A stretch of DNA of 64,000 nt from Paecilomyces variotii (taxonomy: Eukaryota), in the NCBI GenBank assembly GCA_004022145.1, contig RCNU01000001.1, one strand, 5' to 3'. Each line of letters begins with the position of its first letter. The stretch's first letter is position 1. This document shows positions 39,066 to 51,868 of the stretch, in pieces. The notes below the pieces were generated by a model. The model had not been told where the DNA came from and ran no database searches. It was given only the letters and a program-made list of their open reading frames with translations. The position numbers were made by a program, and so were the translations under genes.

Positions 39066-39617
39066 TGTGAAAGGAAGGTGTACGAGGTGTCCGACTAGCA
39101 GAACTGCAACAAGGAATAAACGGGCGAGTGGTTTGAAGCACTCGAAGAAAGCAGATTCAAGCGCAAGAACTCCCCACTTGAAAAAAGGAAAAAAGAAAAA
39201 TGCGATTCAATGTCGCAGGCTATCCGCGGTCATGGATCAGGGTGTCTCATTGAAGAAGGGGAAGTTTTGCTCCATGAATCGAGAGCTTGATCTTGAATAG
39301 AATCAATCACTCTTCTCCGCCTGACGGATATCGCGTTGCTGCTCCGGCTGCGGGCAGCGATCGGCGCCGCTAAGCTGTTTTGGGCGACTGCCTGCAATCA
39401 AAGGCTCAGACACGTGATCAAGAAATCAATTACTGCCGTTTAAGAACTAGATAAATTTAACGAGACAATGCGTTTGAATATCTGTATTGAAGAGTCTATT
39501 ATGGACTAACTGATCCATTGCACCGTGGTTTACCATACAACATCTATACTCGAGTCATGCCCAGTATTCTTTCCTCATCATCGTCACACATGGAACAAAA
39601 GAACCAGAGCTATTCAT

Positions 39618-42600
39618 TCATTCATCAGCATCAACCCAAACAAGAATGCCTCTCTTGTCAGACCGCATTCCCTCAGTTGGAAGAATCCTGAGGGTCTTGT
39701 TGAAGTACGTGTCTATTACAACCAGCTGTGGCTGGATCCATTGACCCCGCTTGGAGGCCAAGAGATTGTAGCGTATCGTGTGCCTGCTGAGAGGGACGAG
39801 CTGAACGGTGGTCGACTTCGGCCCGCTGAATGCGAACTGGTCACTGACCTCCATTGTCAAACTGAAAGTGAGGAAATGCAATGAGGGGTTCTCCAGAGTG
39901 TAGTCAAGATGAATGAATCCCGGAATTGTCTCTGAAGAGATGACAGAAGCCAGGATACGAGGCTCCCCTATCGGCACGAGAAAACGCGGAATGGCCAGAG
40001 GGGTGGTTGCGGAAAGAGTAGTCGAAGATTCAGAATTATCTTCAGAACTCGCACGTCGCCATTGGATTTCCAAGGCCAGGTTCAATGATACTGAGCGTCG
40101 GTCCTCCAGGCTCAATTTCTGTATATTAAGGACGAATTCCGATTCGCGCAGCTCTTCAAGAGCGATCACCGGCGCTTCAGGGCTAAGCAAAGTCTCAGAA
40201 CTGATCTCGCAATTCGCCCCTCCACTTATTCCAAGTAGGACTAAAGCCACCTTCTCGACAACAAGGGGTTCAGGAGCGAATGAGACCAACTTTGAATTCA
40301 GACACCATTTCTGCTGAAGACCATTGGGAGGGCTACTTGTAGATTCCTCCCCGGACTCTTCATCAACGCGGAAAAAGTTAGGCCACGGTTGCGGATGAAG
40401 ACGAGGGAGGAACTCGTAGTTCGCCTCAAACGGCCTGATGAAAGAGAGATCCACAGTCAAGGTCTTAGATATCGGTGTTTCCGGATCCGAGACGAGATGA
40501 TAGAGCACTGATAGCTCAAGCTCATAGTCAAATGCGTCGGTTGTGTCGGAAAGCACCAATGAAAGATTCTGCGTGGAGGCACTTTCCATCGTGCCAATTG
40601 AGCGTCTCAAAGAATGACGAGCTCTTCCCATCGGTGAGCCGTCGGCCGCATCTCCCTCAGGACTCTCGGGATGGGCCTCTTCATCAGCCCAAGCGAGCTT
40701 GGCTACTGACTCTTGATGCCCAAAAAGCCTCACATCTATAGATAAGTCTGCCGTTTCATCTTCCTCGTTCTGAATTGAAATGTCGAGAGCCACTCGTTCA
40801 TTAGTATAGTACGCTTCTCTGAGATTAGGAATTGCAAGGCGGATTTTGGGTGGCTTAGGTAGGATCTTGCACGCATGGGTGTCGCGATCCTTGCCAATTC
40901 TCCTTCGAATCGGGCCTTTTACTGTATCCTGCCACCAGAACGATTCTGGCTGGCTCTGGTCAGTGATAGAATACGCCAGGTCGAATTTCTCCTCCTCAAT
41001 CATAAGAGTGATTGAAGCGATCCTAGCCTCGCCTGCCTCTCGAGGAATAGACGTCAAATCAAAGGCCTTTGTTTGACAAGGTTGGAATGAAAGGTCTGTT
41101 GTTCCAGTCACCGACGCCAGGGAGTTCGTAGGGGATTGTAGCACAGAAGAATCGGTCGACGTCACCGAGTCGCGCAAAGTCACAGGAAGTATTAAGACAC
41201 GTTCTGTAGAGCTCCCTGATGCGCTCTCATCAGACAATAGCTTGATCGGACGCAGGCCGCCCTCGAATACAACTTTTACTTCTGAGAGACGGATGGGAGT
41301 AGATTCTGGTTGTGCGCGGGATGTGATAGCCAGCTGTAGTCGCAAGGGTTCTCCGACATTGCCATGTGGACGTTCGAAGACGAGTGAAGCAGTAACTAAA
41401 GTAAATGAGCGCCTGCAAATCCTGGCCAGAAGAACTGATGGATACTCACGGCATGAGACAACATCCTCCGATCTGAGTGCAACAGCTGGTTTGGGCCGTT
41501 CCTGCGGGAAGCTGTCAAGACTCTTGTGAAGATTATAGTCCCAGTCAGGTCGCCGAGAAAATACTGTGATATGTCAGACCAACAAAAGGCACAGCCATGA
41601 CAAGGCAGGTTTGCGCACCATCATTTAGTAGCTCCCAATGCACCCGTAATAGAGATTCACTGTCCTTAAGCTGCAAAGCACACTCCCGCAATGCCCAGCC
41701 AAATTCTTCCATAAGCTGCCACCAGCCAGCAGATCGCCAGCTAAGTTGTGGCCACAGCGGCTGGAGTATCTGCATCGCTTCTGACCAAGAACCAGCTTTC
41801 ATATATTCCTTCGCCATCTCTAGACTGATTTGTTCTACCTTTCTTATCTGTCCTCTTTTAGAAAATTCCTCCATGGCTGATTTTAAGGCGTCAACAATCA
41901 GACGACAGTGGTCGAAGCCTGGCTTCCCAGGCTGACCGGCTTCGACATGCGGCTCCGGTACTAGGTAGGTGTCATATAAGTGACTCTTGTTTGCAATTTG
42001 AGAAGCAGGAGACTGTCCAGGCGGAATTCGGTCCTCCGCTGGGATTTGGTTCGCTAATATGCGCCGACGTATGGAGTGTCGGGCCGATTGATGTATCCAG
42101 TAACCCTCATGGTGAAGGAGCTGCCACGGCATTATCCTTTCGCCCTCGGGCACTGTCTTCTCCACGGGGATGAATATACCGCCCGTGAAGCTAGACAGAT
42201 CCTCAACTGGGGGTGGGAAAGCTAGTTCGGGTATCTCAGCTCGTCGTATAAGTTGCGCCATTACCATGGCCCATCTAGCTTCCCACGCTTGCCATCCGTA
42301 ATTCTTTGTCCCCTTGCCTCGACGGTTGACGATGTCCCGCGTGCGATGCTTGTGGGCGACCCATGACCGTACCGCCACAGTATGCTGACCATTCCAGAGC
42401 AAGCACCGCAGAATACGCAACGCTAGGACATCTCCAAGAAGACGCGCTTCGTTGAACCTCGGATTCCAGCCGGCAATTGTTTCGAACACTTCTTGTCCAA
42501 AAAGAGTCTCATATGCGCTTTCGTAGTTTCGACAAGCGGCATCCATCTCCTGACGGAATTCGGCCAATATCCCCAATTTAAATTCATACCGCACATTCCA

Positions 42601-43715
42601 GCCCTGAAAGGATAAAGTTTGAGAGGTACCAGTTGTAGGAGGCGCAGTTGGCGGCGGGATACTGCCTCGATTCCGCTTTCGCCGTGCATGTTTTGAGAGA
42701 TCACGGTAGTACTCGACGATTGTCGGTTGTAGAGAAGAGAGCAGTGACCTGGCAAACTCTTTTGTTTCGAGAGGCGTCAAATCCGACGGTAAAACATGTA
42801 TCGACCTCGGATCCAGGTTCGTCGCTTTTCGAATGCTAGCCACCCGCTCCTCAGTATCGACTACGTAGCTGCTCTCGCCCTCTTCGGACAACAGAACAAC
42901 CACAAAGCGGGTTTTACAGCCGGAGGCAACCCAGTCCTTCTTCAGAGTATTTATCTCAGTTTTAAGCTGGTTGTCGCGGAGGGTGCTCAAGTTCGGGTCC
43001 GAGGTGAAAGAGAAGAAGTTGATGGTGACAGCGGGTATGAGGTTCTGATGTTTCGTGACCCATAATGGCGTAAGCAGTCCATCTGGGAAGACAGGCGAGC
43101 TAGGAGTCAATGGTGAGATTGGGGAATGCAAGACGACTCCAGAAGATGTATTATCGCTTCGAGCTCCTGGTGGACTGGTTGGGGGAGAGGATGACGGAGG
43201 ATCAGCCTTCCGCGGAGGCAATCTGTATGACTGTGCACAACGAATTAGCTCTATGATTCAACTGTTATCATGCGGTTTGCCTGAAGCGCTTTATTGAATA
43301 AGGTCCAATTGCTAGTAATCTCAGATGTGGTGGAATTCAACACCGCCGGCGTTCTTCGACTACCGGCCACTTGTAGTGCGGAGCAATTGTGCCAACTGAG
43401 TACTGCCTTGAGAAGCTGCTAACCTACCCGTCCAATGCTTTTCACTTTAAGTCGTATCCCACCGGACCTCCTAATGTCATTCAGTGAGTTCCATGGCGCC
43501 TCCGACGCATCTTCCTCGAGAAACACCTTTCGTAACTCCTCCGCGACTGGTCCGCTCACAGGAGGGAGATCCGAGGAGATCTTAGTCCCCTTTGTGAAAA
43601 GATATGGGTATTGCACATCGGAGCTCTCTGTGGGTTCTTCGGGATCAGCATCTAGGCCGCAGAGTAGCACGTAGGGAAGGTTGTGCGCGATGTAATCTTC
43701 GGGATAGGCGTCCAT
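39618..43715 (-). CDS. TRAPPC11: TRAPP complex subunit 11 (Foie gras + Gryzun domains), 4 exons
   Basis: MDAYPEDYIAHNLP, HSPISPLTPSSP.FPDGL, YYRDLSKHARRKR, GWNVRYEFKLG..AEFRQE and C-terminal FAFSG...QL.P..HTIRYNL. Introns about 43231-43427, 41564-41618 and 41396-41449 were checked in frame. Confidence 0.92.
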
Positions 43716-44489
43716 TGCGGACTGTGGCTGCTTCCACGAGCCCAAGTCATCGCATGTCTAAACGGCGCGAGATGGGCCTGGGCCCAAACAAGGGTCCTGT
43801 TGTTGTGTAGTGGCCGAGCAAAAGAAATGGCAGAATGTCCAGCTAATGGGCTGAGACCTGTAGGTGTTCATATAAATGGCCTGCGAACTTAGTAGTCGTT
43901 CTGGCATGTTTAGACACCTTGACGCCGAACCGAGGCGATGCCAAGCCTTTCATCAGCGGGACTTCCGTCAAGCGTCAGAGAGCTCTCGTTTGCGCTTGAC
44001 ACGAGTAGTTTGATATGGGAAACCAAAAGGCACTACAGCTGACTGGTAATTAAAGCGCTTACTTATGCACATCTAAGTCAGGTTCTTCTCGATACAAGGT
44101 TTCTCAACGTAACACATTATATGTTGATGTGAAGATGCTTCCGACAATAATTTCCGCGCGGGGCACCTTCGATTAAATATAGTAGTGTCAACATATGCGC
44201 AATGGGCTGCAGGAACAACTCAGATTTATGAGTTTATGGGGGCATTAGTTATTCACTCGACTTAGTCAAGTCTCCCACTCGAAGGACAATTTGCACTCGT
44301 AAATACATGATCATAAAACGTGCATAAGCAACGAGGCCCATTAGCGTAGTAGAAATACATAATGGTATATTCGAATTTATACAGCGTGCGTTGGAGTTTG
44401 GGCAAGATAGAAGGGATTAATTTGTCATAATCCAATAGGAGAACTCCTAGCTAGTCATTCCAAGCGTCCTGGTACGCCACTTTGCGTTT

Positions 44490-45610
44490 ATATTATCTCG
44501 CTATGTACGAACATAACTGGGAAAGTCTCCATCTGCAGATATTCGGGATGTCCTGATTCGAAGCACCTGTCCATGCAGCCTGCACACTGAAGATCCTATA
44601 ACCACGCCAGAGAACTGCAATCCATTCTCGACAGATAGTGAAAGCGAACGATATTGTTGCCTCCTTGACAAAGCGAAAGCTATTCGTCCTTGAATTATAC
44701 TTTGGGGAGAGGGACCTTGCTCTTATTCTCGCACTCGAATCGTCTGCCTGCCTGATCATGCATATTAGTTGACCTTACTGCGGTAGTTGACCTCTTCCAT
44801 GATCTGCGCAATCACAGTAGTGAGGATGATATCTCTAAGCGTGCATGAAACTCGTCTGACCAGCCTTTCCGTTACTTCCGACTCCACATGTCTGGCAATC
44901 CCTGTAGATATTTGGGACCATACACTGGAGCATAGATCCCTACAAGTATCGATATGACCTGCGAACGATCCTCTCTCTTTCCCTGATAAGGTTATACAGC
45001 TTGGGTGTCCTGGTCAATGCTGCGCAGAGAAGGCTTAGGGTCCACCAAGGTGCTTCCTTTCAGATAATGATTGGATTTCATCGTTGAAGCAAAGACATCA
45101 ATGGTCGGTCCGACGTAGCCAAGGGACCCAGAGAATTATCGGTGTATGAGCACACGTGCTGTGAGGGATAAGGCAACTCTGGAGGACGCAGTAGTCAAAA
45201 AAGGCCGATGCTCGTTTCTGCTGCCTGCATAAGGGTCTGTACATAGGTGGCGTCGAAGGTAAGAGAGCGGGATAAGTAGTCGACTTGTAGAGATTATGAC
45301 AGGTGAGAAAGATACGTAGATCCGACCGTCTTGTGATGTTGCAGCTCGCAGCGTCGCCCTTGACCTGGACAAACATGAGCAAATCAACGAGATCCATCTT
45401 CGCGAAGTATGTGCAAGGTTCAGCCTATCAACAATTTCGATAGATCTTCCATAGCGGCAACTAAATTAGCCCTGTTGACCCCCTGAAATCTTGTCTTCTT
45501 CACCACAGCAGATATGGTTATATCGTTCGCACATAGGAGTAGAGTTCACATGAATTAAGGAAAAAGGGCAAGGCAGAGCACAGGCGGTAGATGTAATAGC
45601 CATTCCAGGC
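44490..45610 (-). pseudogene. Probable decayed protein-coding relic, possibly F-box
   Basis: Protein-like fragments in different frames, broken by stops: WLLHLPPVLCLALF, IEIVDRLNLAHTSRRW, KEAPWWTLSLLCAALTRTPKLYNLIR and RLVRRVSCTLRDIILTTVIAQIMEEV. No continuous model could be built. Confidence 0.3.
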
Positions 45611-46581
45611 CAAATCTCTCGCTTGTAGTATATCAAGTAGAGTAGTCGTGGTGGCGTGCGGTCAGTTGCTTAGGATGTGTGATGCTGTGGAGTCCATAGA
45701 CCCTGAGCTTAGAGTGGGTTCAACGGTTCAAGCGAGGGTTCAAGAAAATAATAATAATAATGCCGATTGTCCAACAAATGGCAGCCCATACGTTGCTGGT
45801 TCTCCTGTTGTCTCCCCGATGTCCCCACCAAGTTTCCTGTGAGACTTCATTAGGAGTTCGTCTTAAACGAACCTGAGCCGCCAGTGCTGCGATCTAGTCT
45901 GCTACAGGCTAGAGGGCCAGGAGGGTAATATGGTCATTTATGCCTCCTTTCTCCTGAGAGTTCGAAGCTCGGACTATCTAACCGTCATCTCGTGGTCTTA
46001 GTCTCCTGTACCCAACCTCCCGTTACTACTGGTCGTTGTCTAGAACTAATTTATCAACGCCGAAAAAAAGTATTGCCAGTCCCCCCCCGGCTTGCGCGCG
46101 CTACAGTATCAAAGCTTCATATCGACCGCTCGACGACATCATTATTATTATTGAAGCGCTAGAACCCTCTTCGAGGATTCCAATAATCTGCGCCGCCTTT
46201 CCTCCCGTGGTGATTCTGGAGACGTCCGTTTTCACATCACATTTAGACCCCGCGCCTCCCTTTCTCCCAGGCTCTTCCTGTTTTTCTTTGGCCCTTGTCG
46301 GCGCCGTTCGCGCGGCGACTTTCGACCGCGTCACTTTGCTTCACCCCTGGGCGTCTGCAAGGGACATTAGAAACGGAAAAGGGGCCGACAAGCGTCGTTC
46401 TGGACGTTCATAGGCCATCCCAGGTTGCGTTTCCCCAGACCTGGATGTGGCGGTTTGGAAGAAACCATGCGATCCTCATAGATTTTCCTTGTGTGATTTC
46501 TCTGTTGCAGTTCCGGTTGTGAACGGCGGCCCCCTCGCCCAATACTACTCTCAGTCGGTCCGGCCTTTATTACCCAACAAG

Positions 46582-49380
46582 ATGGACGCGCTGGATGAGT
46601 CTTTGGCACCAGATACACATCCGTCGCGACATCGCAAGTCCCTCCCCTCCCCGTCGACGAGCGCTCCGGCACCTCAGTCGGCAGACCGTGCCAATGTGCC
46701 TCCAGCCTCTCCTGAGGTCATCTCCTCGTTGATATCGTCGCTGTCGGCTATCTCAGCCCCCGCGCAGAGTCTTTTCGATAGCTTTCCCAACATCGATGAC
46801 CACCTAGGACAGCCATTGCCCAATTCGCCGCAATCGGAAAGCTCGCGGGGCCGCCCGCAGAGCGGTCGTTCGAAGTCGAAGGCGTCGAATGAACATGGGT
46901 TTGGCATGGACTATGGTGCATACAAGGTCCTGGAAGAGAATAACGATAACCCGTTCCTGCATCCTGACGATGCGGCCATTGCACCAGTCGTTCGTATGGC
47001 ACCTCCTCCCTCGTCATCCAAGCCCAAAAATAATTCAGGACAAGAGGCGCCGCCATTGAGACCCAGCTCTGTCGGATCGTGTACTCCATCGACGGCAGCC
47101 TATGACGAATTCTCTGGATTTGGCATGATCTCGACGGAACCCGGTCCCCGAGTATCCACTGCAAATAGCATCGCATCTTCCAGTTCCGGAGGACGAAGGA
47201 GCCTTAAGGGCCAGTTGGGATTGCTGAAGAGAGCATCCCGAGAATTTCTGCAAGATAAGGAATCTGATCGATTGAAGAAGACGTCCAGCCAGAACGATAG
47301 CCTGAAGCTTAAAATGCCCCGAAGCAGAGCAAGCTTACATTCAATTCGTTCCATGGCAGATCTCACAGAGGAGATCGCAGATGACGGCGATATAGGAATG
47401 CGAACGAAAGACAGCAGAGGGTCGTCCGACAGACACAGGGTTTCATCGCTGCCTCTAGATACGCCAGCGGCCGGACCCGGCGGTATAGGAAGCGGGAGAT
47501 TGATCCCTACGCGTGAATCCTCGTTACGACATAGCTATGGTGGTACCTCAAACAAGAAGCGTAGACCTCGTCATACCCGCTATTCATCTACCGGGAGCAA
47601 GGACCTAAAGATTGAGGGCGGTATTGCTGAAGCCAGTAACGAAGCAGAGCAAGTGACAAAAAGAATTCAACAACTGAAAGAACAGCAGAAAAAGATCAAA
47701 TCAGAGCTTGAGATCGATGATACTCCTTCAAAGCCTAGGCGTTCACACTCAGCGTCACGGCCTCAAGCATCGCGGATGTCCAGCGAGACACGTCCGAAGC
47801 GGTCATCGTATAGTGGTGACAGTCTCTTGCACAAGGTGGAGGAGAGCGGTTTCGATTTCCAGGATGAAAGCGCGCCTGCCCCAGCGGTCCTGACCGGGAC
47901 AAGCAGCAAATCTATGAAGCGCAACAGCGGTCCTCTTGCATCAAAGACAACAGACCTACAGCCCATACTGGGGAAAAAGTCGTTTGATAAGTCCTCTCGT
48001 CTGGATAGGAGTCATTCGCACCGCTCAGCAGAGTTCTCCCCAGTCTCAGGTGCCAAGCAACACAAACGCACCCCCTCCGGACGGCTATCTCAGAGACGAC
48101 TCTCCATGTCCGACGAACGCCCGTCCAGTGCGGATTCGATTGACCTCGCGGTGGAGGCGTATATTGATTCTCCAAGACTGACGCGGAGGGTGGCTCATCC
48201 GACCACAGGTCGCGTAATAGCTTTCTCTGACGTTGGAGACCCGAAGGGCTATGTTGTCGTCTGCTGCTTGGGAATGGGGCTTACGAGGTATCTGATGGCC
48301 TTCTATGATGAACTCGCAAGAACTCTGAAGCTGCGGCTGGTCACGCTTGATCGTCCTGGTGTTGGAGAGAGTGAGCCCTGTCCGGATGGGACTCCCCTGG
48401 GCTGGCCGGGTAAGTACCGTATCTCATCAAAATTGGTCGAAAAGCGTGTTTCTAATATACGTATAGACGACGTTGCGATTGTCTGTAATTATCTGAAGGT
48501 GACAAAGTTCTCTATCCTTGCGCATTCTGCTGGTGCTATCTACGCATTGGCTACGGCCCTGCGGATGCCACAACACATTCGCGGTCGCCTGCATCTTCTG
48601 GGTCCCTGGATCCCTCCTTCGCAGCTATCGGCTATCGGAGCTCACAAGGAACCGGCTCCTAGCAACGCAGTCCCCTACTCACAGAGGATACTACGTGCCC
48701 TACCAACTCCTATTCTCAAGGTTGCCAACTCGAGTTTTATGAGCGCTACCAGTACAAGCATCACAACAAGTTTGCCTAAGTCACCTCGTCGATCCAAGCG
48801 GAAGGCTGCCGTCAAGGATACCCCGGGACCTGTGGCAGCAGAAGCTTCTTCAAGTAAGACGTTAACGCAAGGGGGGCCAGATAAAGATGCGGGAGCCGCA
48901 CAGTCGTCGACAGGTGTTCTTGGTTCTCCTGATGCAAATGGCCAGGGCACTGTGACTATGTCGGCCACAGATGACCGCGAGCGCCAGTCTGACTACGACA
49001 ATAAGTTGACCTACAAGATTTGGGAGTTGGCAACAACGAACGCTAACCCAGCCGTTGATCTATTGGTCTGCCTAGAGCGCAACCAGCCGATTGGCTTTCG
49101 TTACGTTGATATTACTCGAGCAGTAGTCATCCATCATGGAAGCAGGGATACTCGTGTACCCGTGGATAATGTGAGGTGGCTGGGGAAGACAATGCGAAGA
49201 TGCGAAGTGCGCGTGCTCGAGGGCGAAGGCCACGGCCTCATGGCATCAGCAGTCGTCATGGGGAATGTCCTTACTGAGATTTCTAAAGAATGGGAAGACT
49301 GGACCACTATCGTGCAGGGCAAGCGGGATGGTCGCAGACCGACTACCAACCACTCTTCGCGGCCGGGCATTGTCATCTAA
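46582..49380 (+). CDS. Alpha/beta hydrolase with long disordered Ser/Arg-rich N-terminus
   Basis: First in-frame ATG at 46582. C-terminal domain FSDVGDP.G, LVTLDRPGVGES, AHSAGAIYAL (nucleophile elbow), HGSRD..VP and EGHGL. 57-nt intron 48410-48466. Confidence 0.88.
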   Translation: MDALDESLAPDTHPSRHRKSLPSPSTSAPAPQSADRANVPPASPEVISSLISSLSAISAPAQSLFDSFPNIDDHLGQPLPNSPQSESSRGRPQSGRSKSKASNEHGFGMDYGAYKVLEENNDNPFLHPDDAAIAPVVRMAPPPSSSKPKNNSGQEAPPLRPSSVGSCTPSTAAYDEFSGFGMISTEPGPRVSTANSIASSSSGGRRSLKGQLGLLKRASREFLQDKESDRLKKTSSQNDSLKLKMPRSRASLHSIRSMADLTEEIADDGDIGMRTKDSRGSSDRHRVSSLPLDTPAAGPGGIGSGRLIPTRESSLRHSYGGTSNKKRRPRHTRYSSTGSKDLKIEGGIAEASNEAEQVTKRIQQLKEQQKKIKSELEIDDTPSKPRRSHSASRPQASRMSSETRPKRSSYSGDSLLHKVEESGFDFQDESAPAPAVLTGTSSKSMKRNSGPLASKTTDLQPILGKKSFDKSSRLDRSHSHRSAEFSPVSGAKQHKRTPSGRLSQRRLSMSDERPSSADSIDLAVEAYIDSPRLTRRVAHPTTGRVIAFSDVGDPKGYVVVCCLGMGLTRYLMAFYDELARTLKLRLVTLDRPGVGESEPCPDGTPLGWPGKYRISSKLVEKRVSNIRIDDVAIVCNYLKVTKFSILAHSAGAIYALATALRMPQHIRGRLHLLGPWIPPSQLSAIGAHKEPAPSNAVPYSQRILRALPTPILKVANSSFMSATSTSITTSLPKSPRRSKRKAAVKDTPGPVAAEASSSKTLTQGGPDKDAGAAQSSTGVLGSPDANGQGTVTMSATDDRERQSDYDNKLTYKIWELATTNANPAVDLLVCLERNQPIGFRYVDITRAVVIHHGSRDTRVPVDNVRWLGKTMRRCEVRVLEGEGHGLMASAVVMGNVLTEISKEWEDWTTIVQGKRDGRRPTTNHSSRPGIVI

Positions 49381-50316
49381 GCCTATACACTTATCTCCGA
49401 AGGCGATATATGTGTCCTCAACGAAACTCTACGAGCAAATCAGCATTCTGCTCATCTAACACATTTCGCACCAAGTCCAGAGCTGGCCTTCTGCCCAAGC
49501 CTTTGGCATACGTCGAAACAAGTGCGAGAATCTCTCATGGCAGTTGTTCCGTTTTCGACTCTCACCATCGTCGTATTCCTCATCATCCATCTTTCCGTTG
49601 GTCGATCTTGGCCGACATAAACCGAGACACGTTGCTGCAGGTTTTGCGACGCCTCGTTCCCCTCTAGTGTGTTATAATCTTCTTTGAAGATTCAGCGATT
49701 ATGGTCTTCTGCTAAGCGTATATGACTATGTAGATGTTCTGCTGATGCCCCTTTTCTTTGGCGTTGCTATGCTTGTTTCCGTCGGTGTATGAGATACCAC
49801 CTATTGTTTGTTAGCCTGATGCCTGGTTCCATATTAACTAATTCAGATTAATCTAGTTATATCATTAGAAACAAATTCGTATAATCTCTCAAGCTGCAAA
49901 TAGAAACCGCAGTGTGTAAACAGAAAGCGATAAATTCCGTGTAATATCGATTCATTGCATGGGATCTATTTATGGTTCGACTTCAATAATAACGGTGGCC
50001 GCCAGAGTTGAGTTTAAGGAACCGTCCAGGCCTCCAGGGGCTCTCCCGCTGTGACGTACATAGCTTAGTCGTCAGCGCTTCTCCGCGTCCACTGGCCGAC
50101 TGCACGCGACAGGACTGTTGCTTCATGGCGCCAACCTCACTGGGCGTCTAAAATCATCGACGGACAGTTTCTTTGCTCTGTTTTCTCATTCGTGTTACAT
50201 TCTATATTGACTGTTTGCGACTACTGTCATTTCAAAAGTACTTTTCGACCGCTCGCTTCCCCTCAAAAGGCCCCTGGCGGCGAGAGAGAGCCCCATCGGG
50301 GGTAGCAGTTCACACA

Positions 50317-51237
50317 ATGCCTTCCCAACGTCGAATTAAGATCTTTTTGGTCGCTATTGTGACAGTTGTCTTCCTGTATATTTACTACACGGTAAGTTGG
50401 GTCCTACCTATTCTATCTTACGGGATGGAATGAACCATGAAGTTGCGACTCGAAGCTGATCCGGTGTCATGTAGAGCGATGCGCGACAACTCCAGAACCA
50501 GAGATTCTATCGCTCGACAGTCCAAGCGATGGACGCACACGCAGCAGCGAAGGATTCCGCGAGTGATGATAGCAGTCTGTTCCGAAAGCTGCAGCCGAAC
50601 CGTACGCCGCCGGTCGATAAGGAGGCGTTGAAGGCGAATCAGGATAAGTCGGGCGCGAGCCCGCAGGACAGTGATCAAGAAATGGAAGAGATATCTATCG
50701 CAGGGAGGACTAAAATGCAGGTTCCCAAGCCTAAGTCGAGTGTTGCGCCGGTAGAGCAGAAAGAGGAGCCTAAGAAGGAGAAGACTGAGCCTGAAGATGA
50801 CCCTGAGATCAGGGATGAGTTGAATGGGATTCTCAAGATGTCTCCAAGTACGTTGAACTCTTTGCCTTTACTTTTTTCTTTTTTGATGCCAAGAGCTGAC
50901 GTATGCTGTTTCTTTTCTTCCAGTTATCATCTTCTCTAAATCCTACTGCCCGTACAGCGCAAAGGCGAAGAATATCCTCCTGGAGAAATATACTATTGTG
51001 CCAGCACCGTTTGTCGTTGAGTTGGATCAGCATCCCATGGGTCAGAAGCTACAGCTCCTCCTAGCGAGACAAACCGGTCGGAGAACCGTCCCGAACATCC
51101 TCGTCAATGGACGGAGTATTGGTGGCGGAGACGACATTGCGGCGCTAGATCGAGAGCAGCAGTTGGGCTCGAAGCTCAAGTCATACGGAGGAAAACGCAT
51201 CATGGAGGTTACACCGAAGGCATCGAAGGAGGTCTGA
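50317..51237 (+). CDS. Membrane-anchored monothiol glutaredoxin (Grx6/Grx7 type), 3 exons
   Basis: N-terminal transmembrane segment (RRIKIFLVAIVTVVFLYIYY). Exon 3 (from 50924) has IIFSKSYCPYS, TGRRTVPNILVNG.SIGGGD and a CPYS active site. Confidence 0.92.
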
Positions 51238-51868
51238 ATTATCTTATATTATAGACGTTGGTATTACTATCTTATGCTTCGGATCTGGCCAGTTGATATC
51301 CGCGGGTTGGAGGAACTGGACTAGCGCCGTGCAGAAGGGATGCATGATAGGGCGTTCTTGGTTGATAGTGAGTATATGAGTTTGGATATCATTGTATATA
51401 TAGTCAGATTTTATGGTATTGATGCTCCAATTGGAGTCATAAGAAGACATTCTTCATTCTTTCGTTCAAGTCACAGATTCACCGAGGGTGCCGTGTCGAT
51501 GAAAAACCATAGAAAATGCCATGAGAGTGGATACTCAACAAGCCAAATCTATGCAAATGCTCAGATCATGATACAGAATGTTAACTATTATAGAATGAAA
51601 GAAAACGAAACAAAGACTGGAATCGAACTGATCGTACAGTACAAGAAAACAATATTGCATCTGTCCCGTCGGCGTCCGAAGCCCGAAAAGTTCGATCAAC
51701 CCTAGACCCAACCGGCGCTAAACCCAAAACATCAGCTAAGCGACGCACAACCCGCCCACCTGCAATTTCGCTCCACCAGGCCTCGTTGAATTTCGATCTT
51801 CTCGACGACCGATCGCACGACGACAACGACGACAGTTCTCCCCTCGGACACTTCACAGCACAGTCAAG

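Noticed and set aside
45717-45744. Three GGTTCAA copies resembling tRNA T-loop/B-box motifs
   Set aside because: No cloverleaf or A-box, so not a tRNA. No tRNA or rRNA was found elsewhere in the window by eye.
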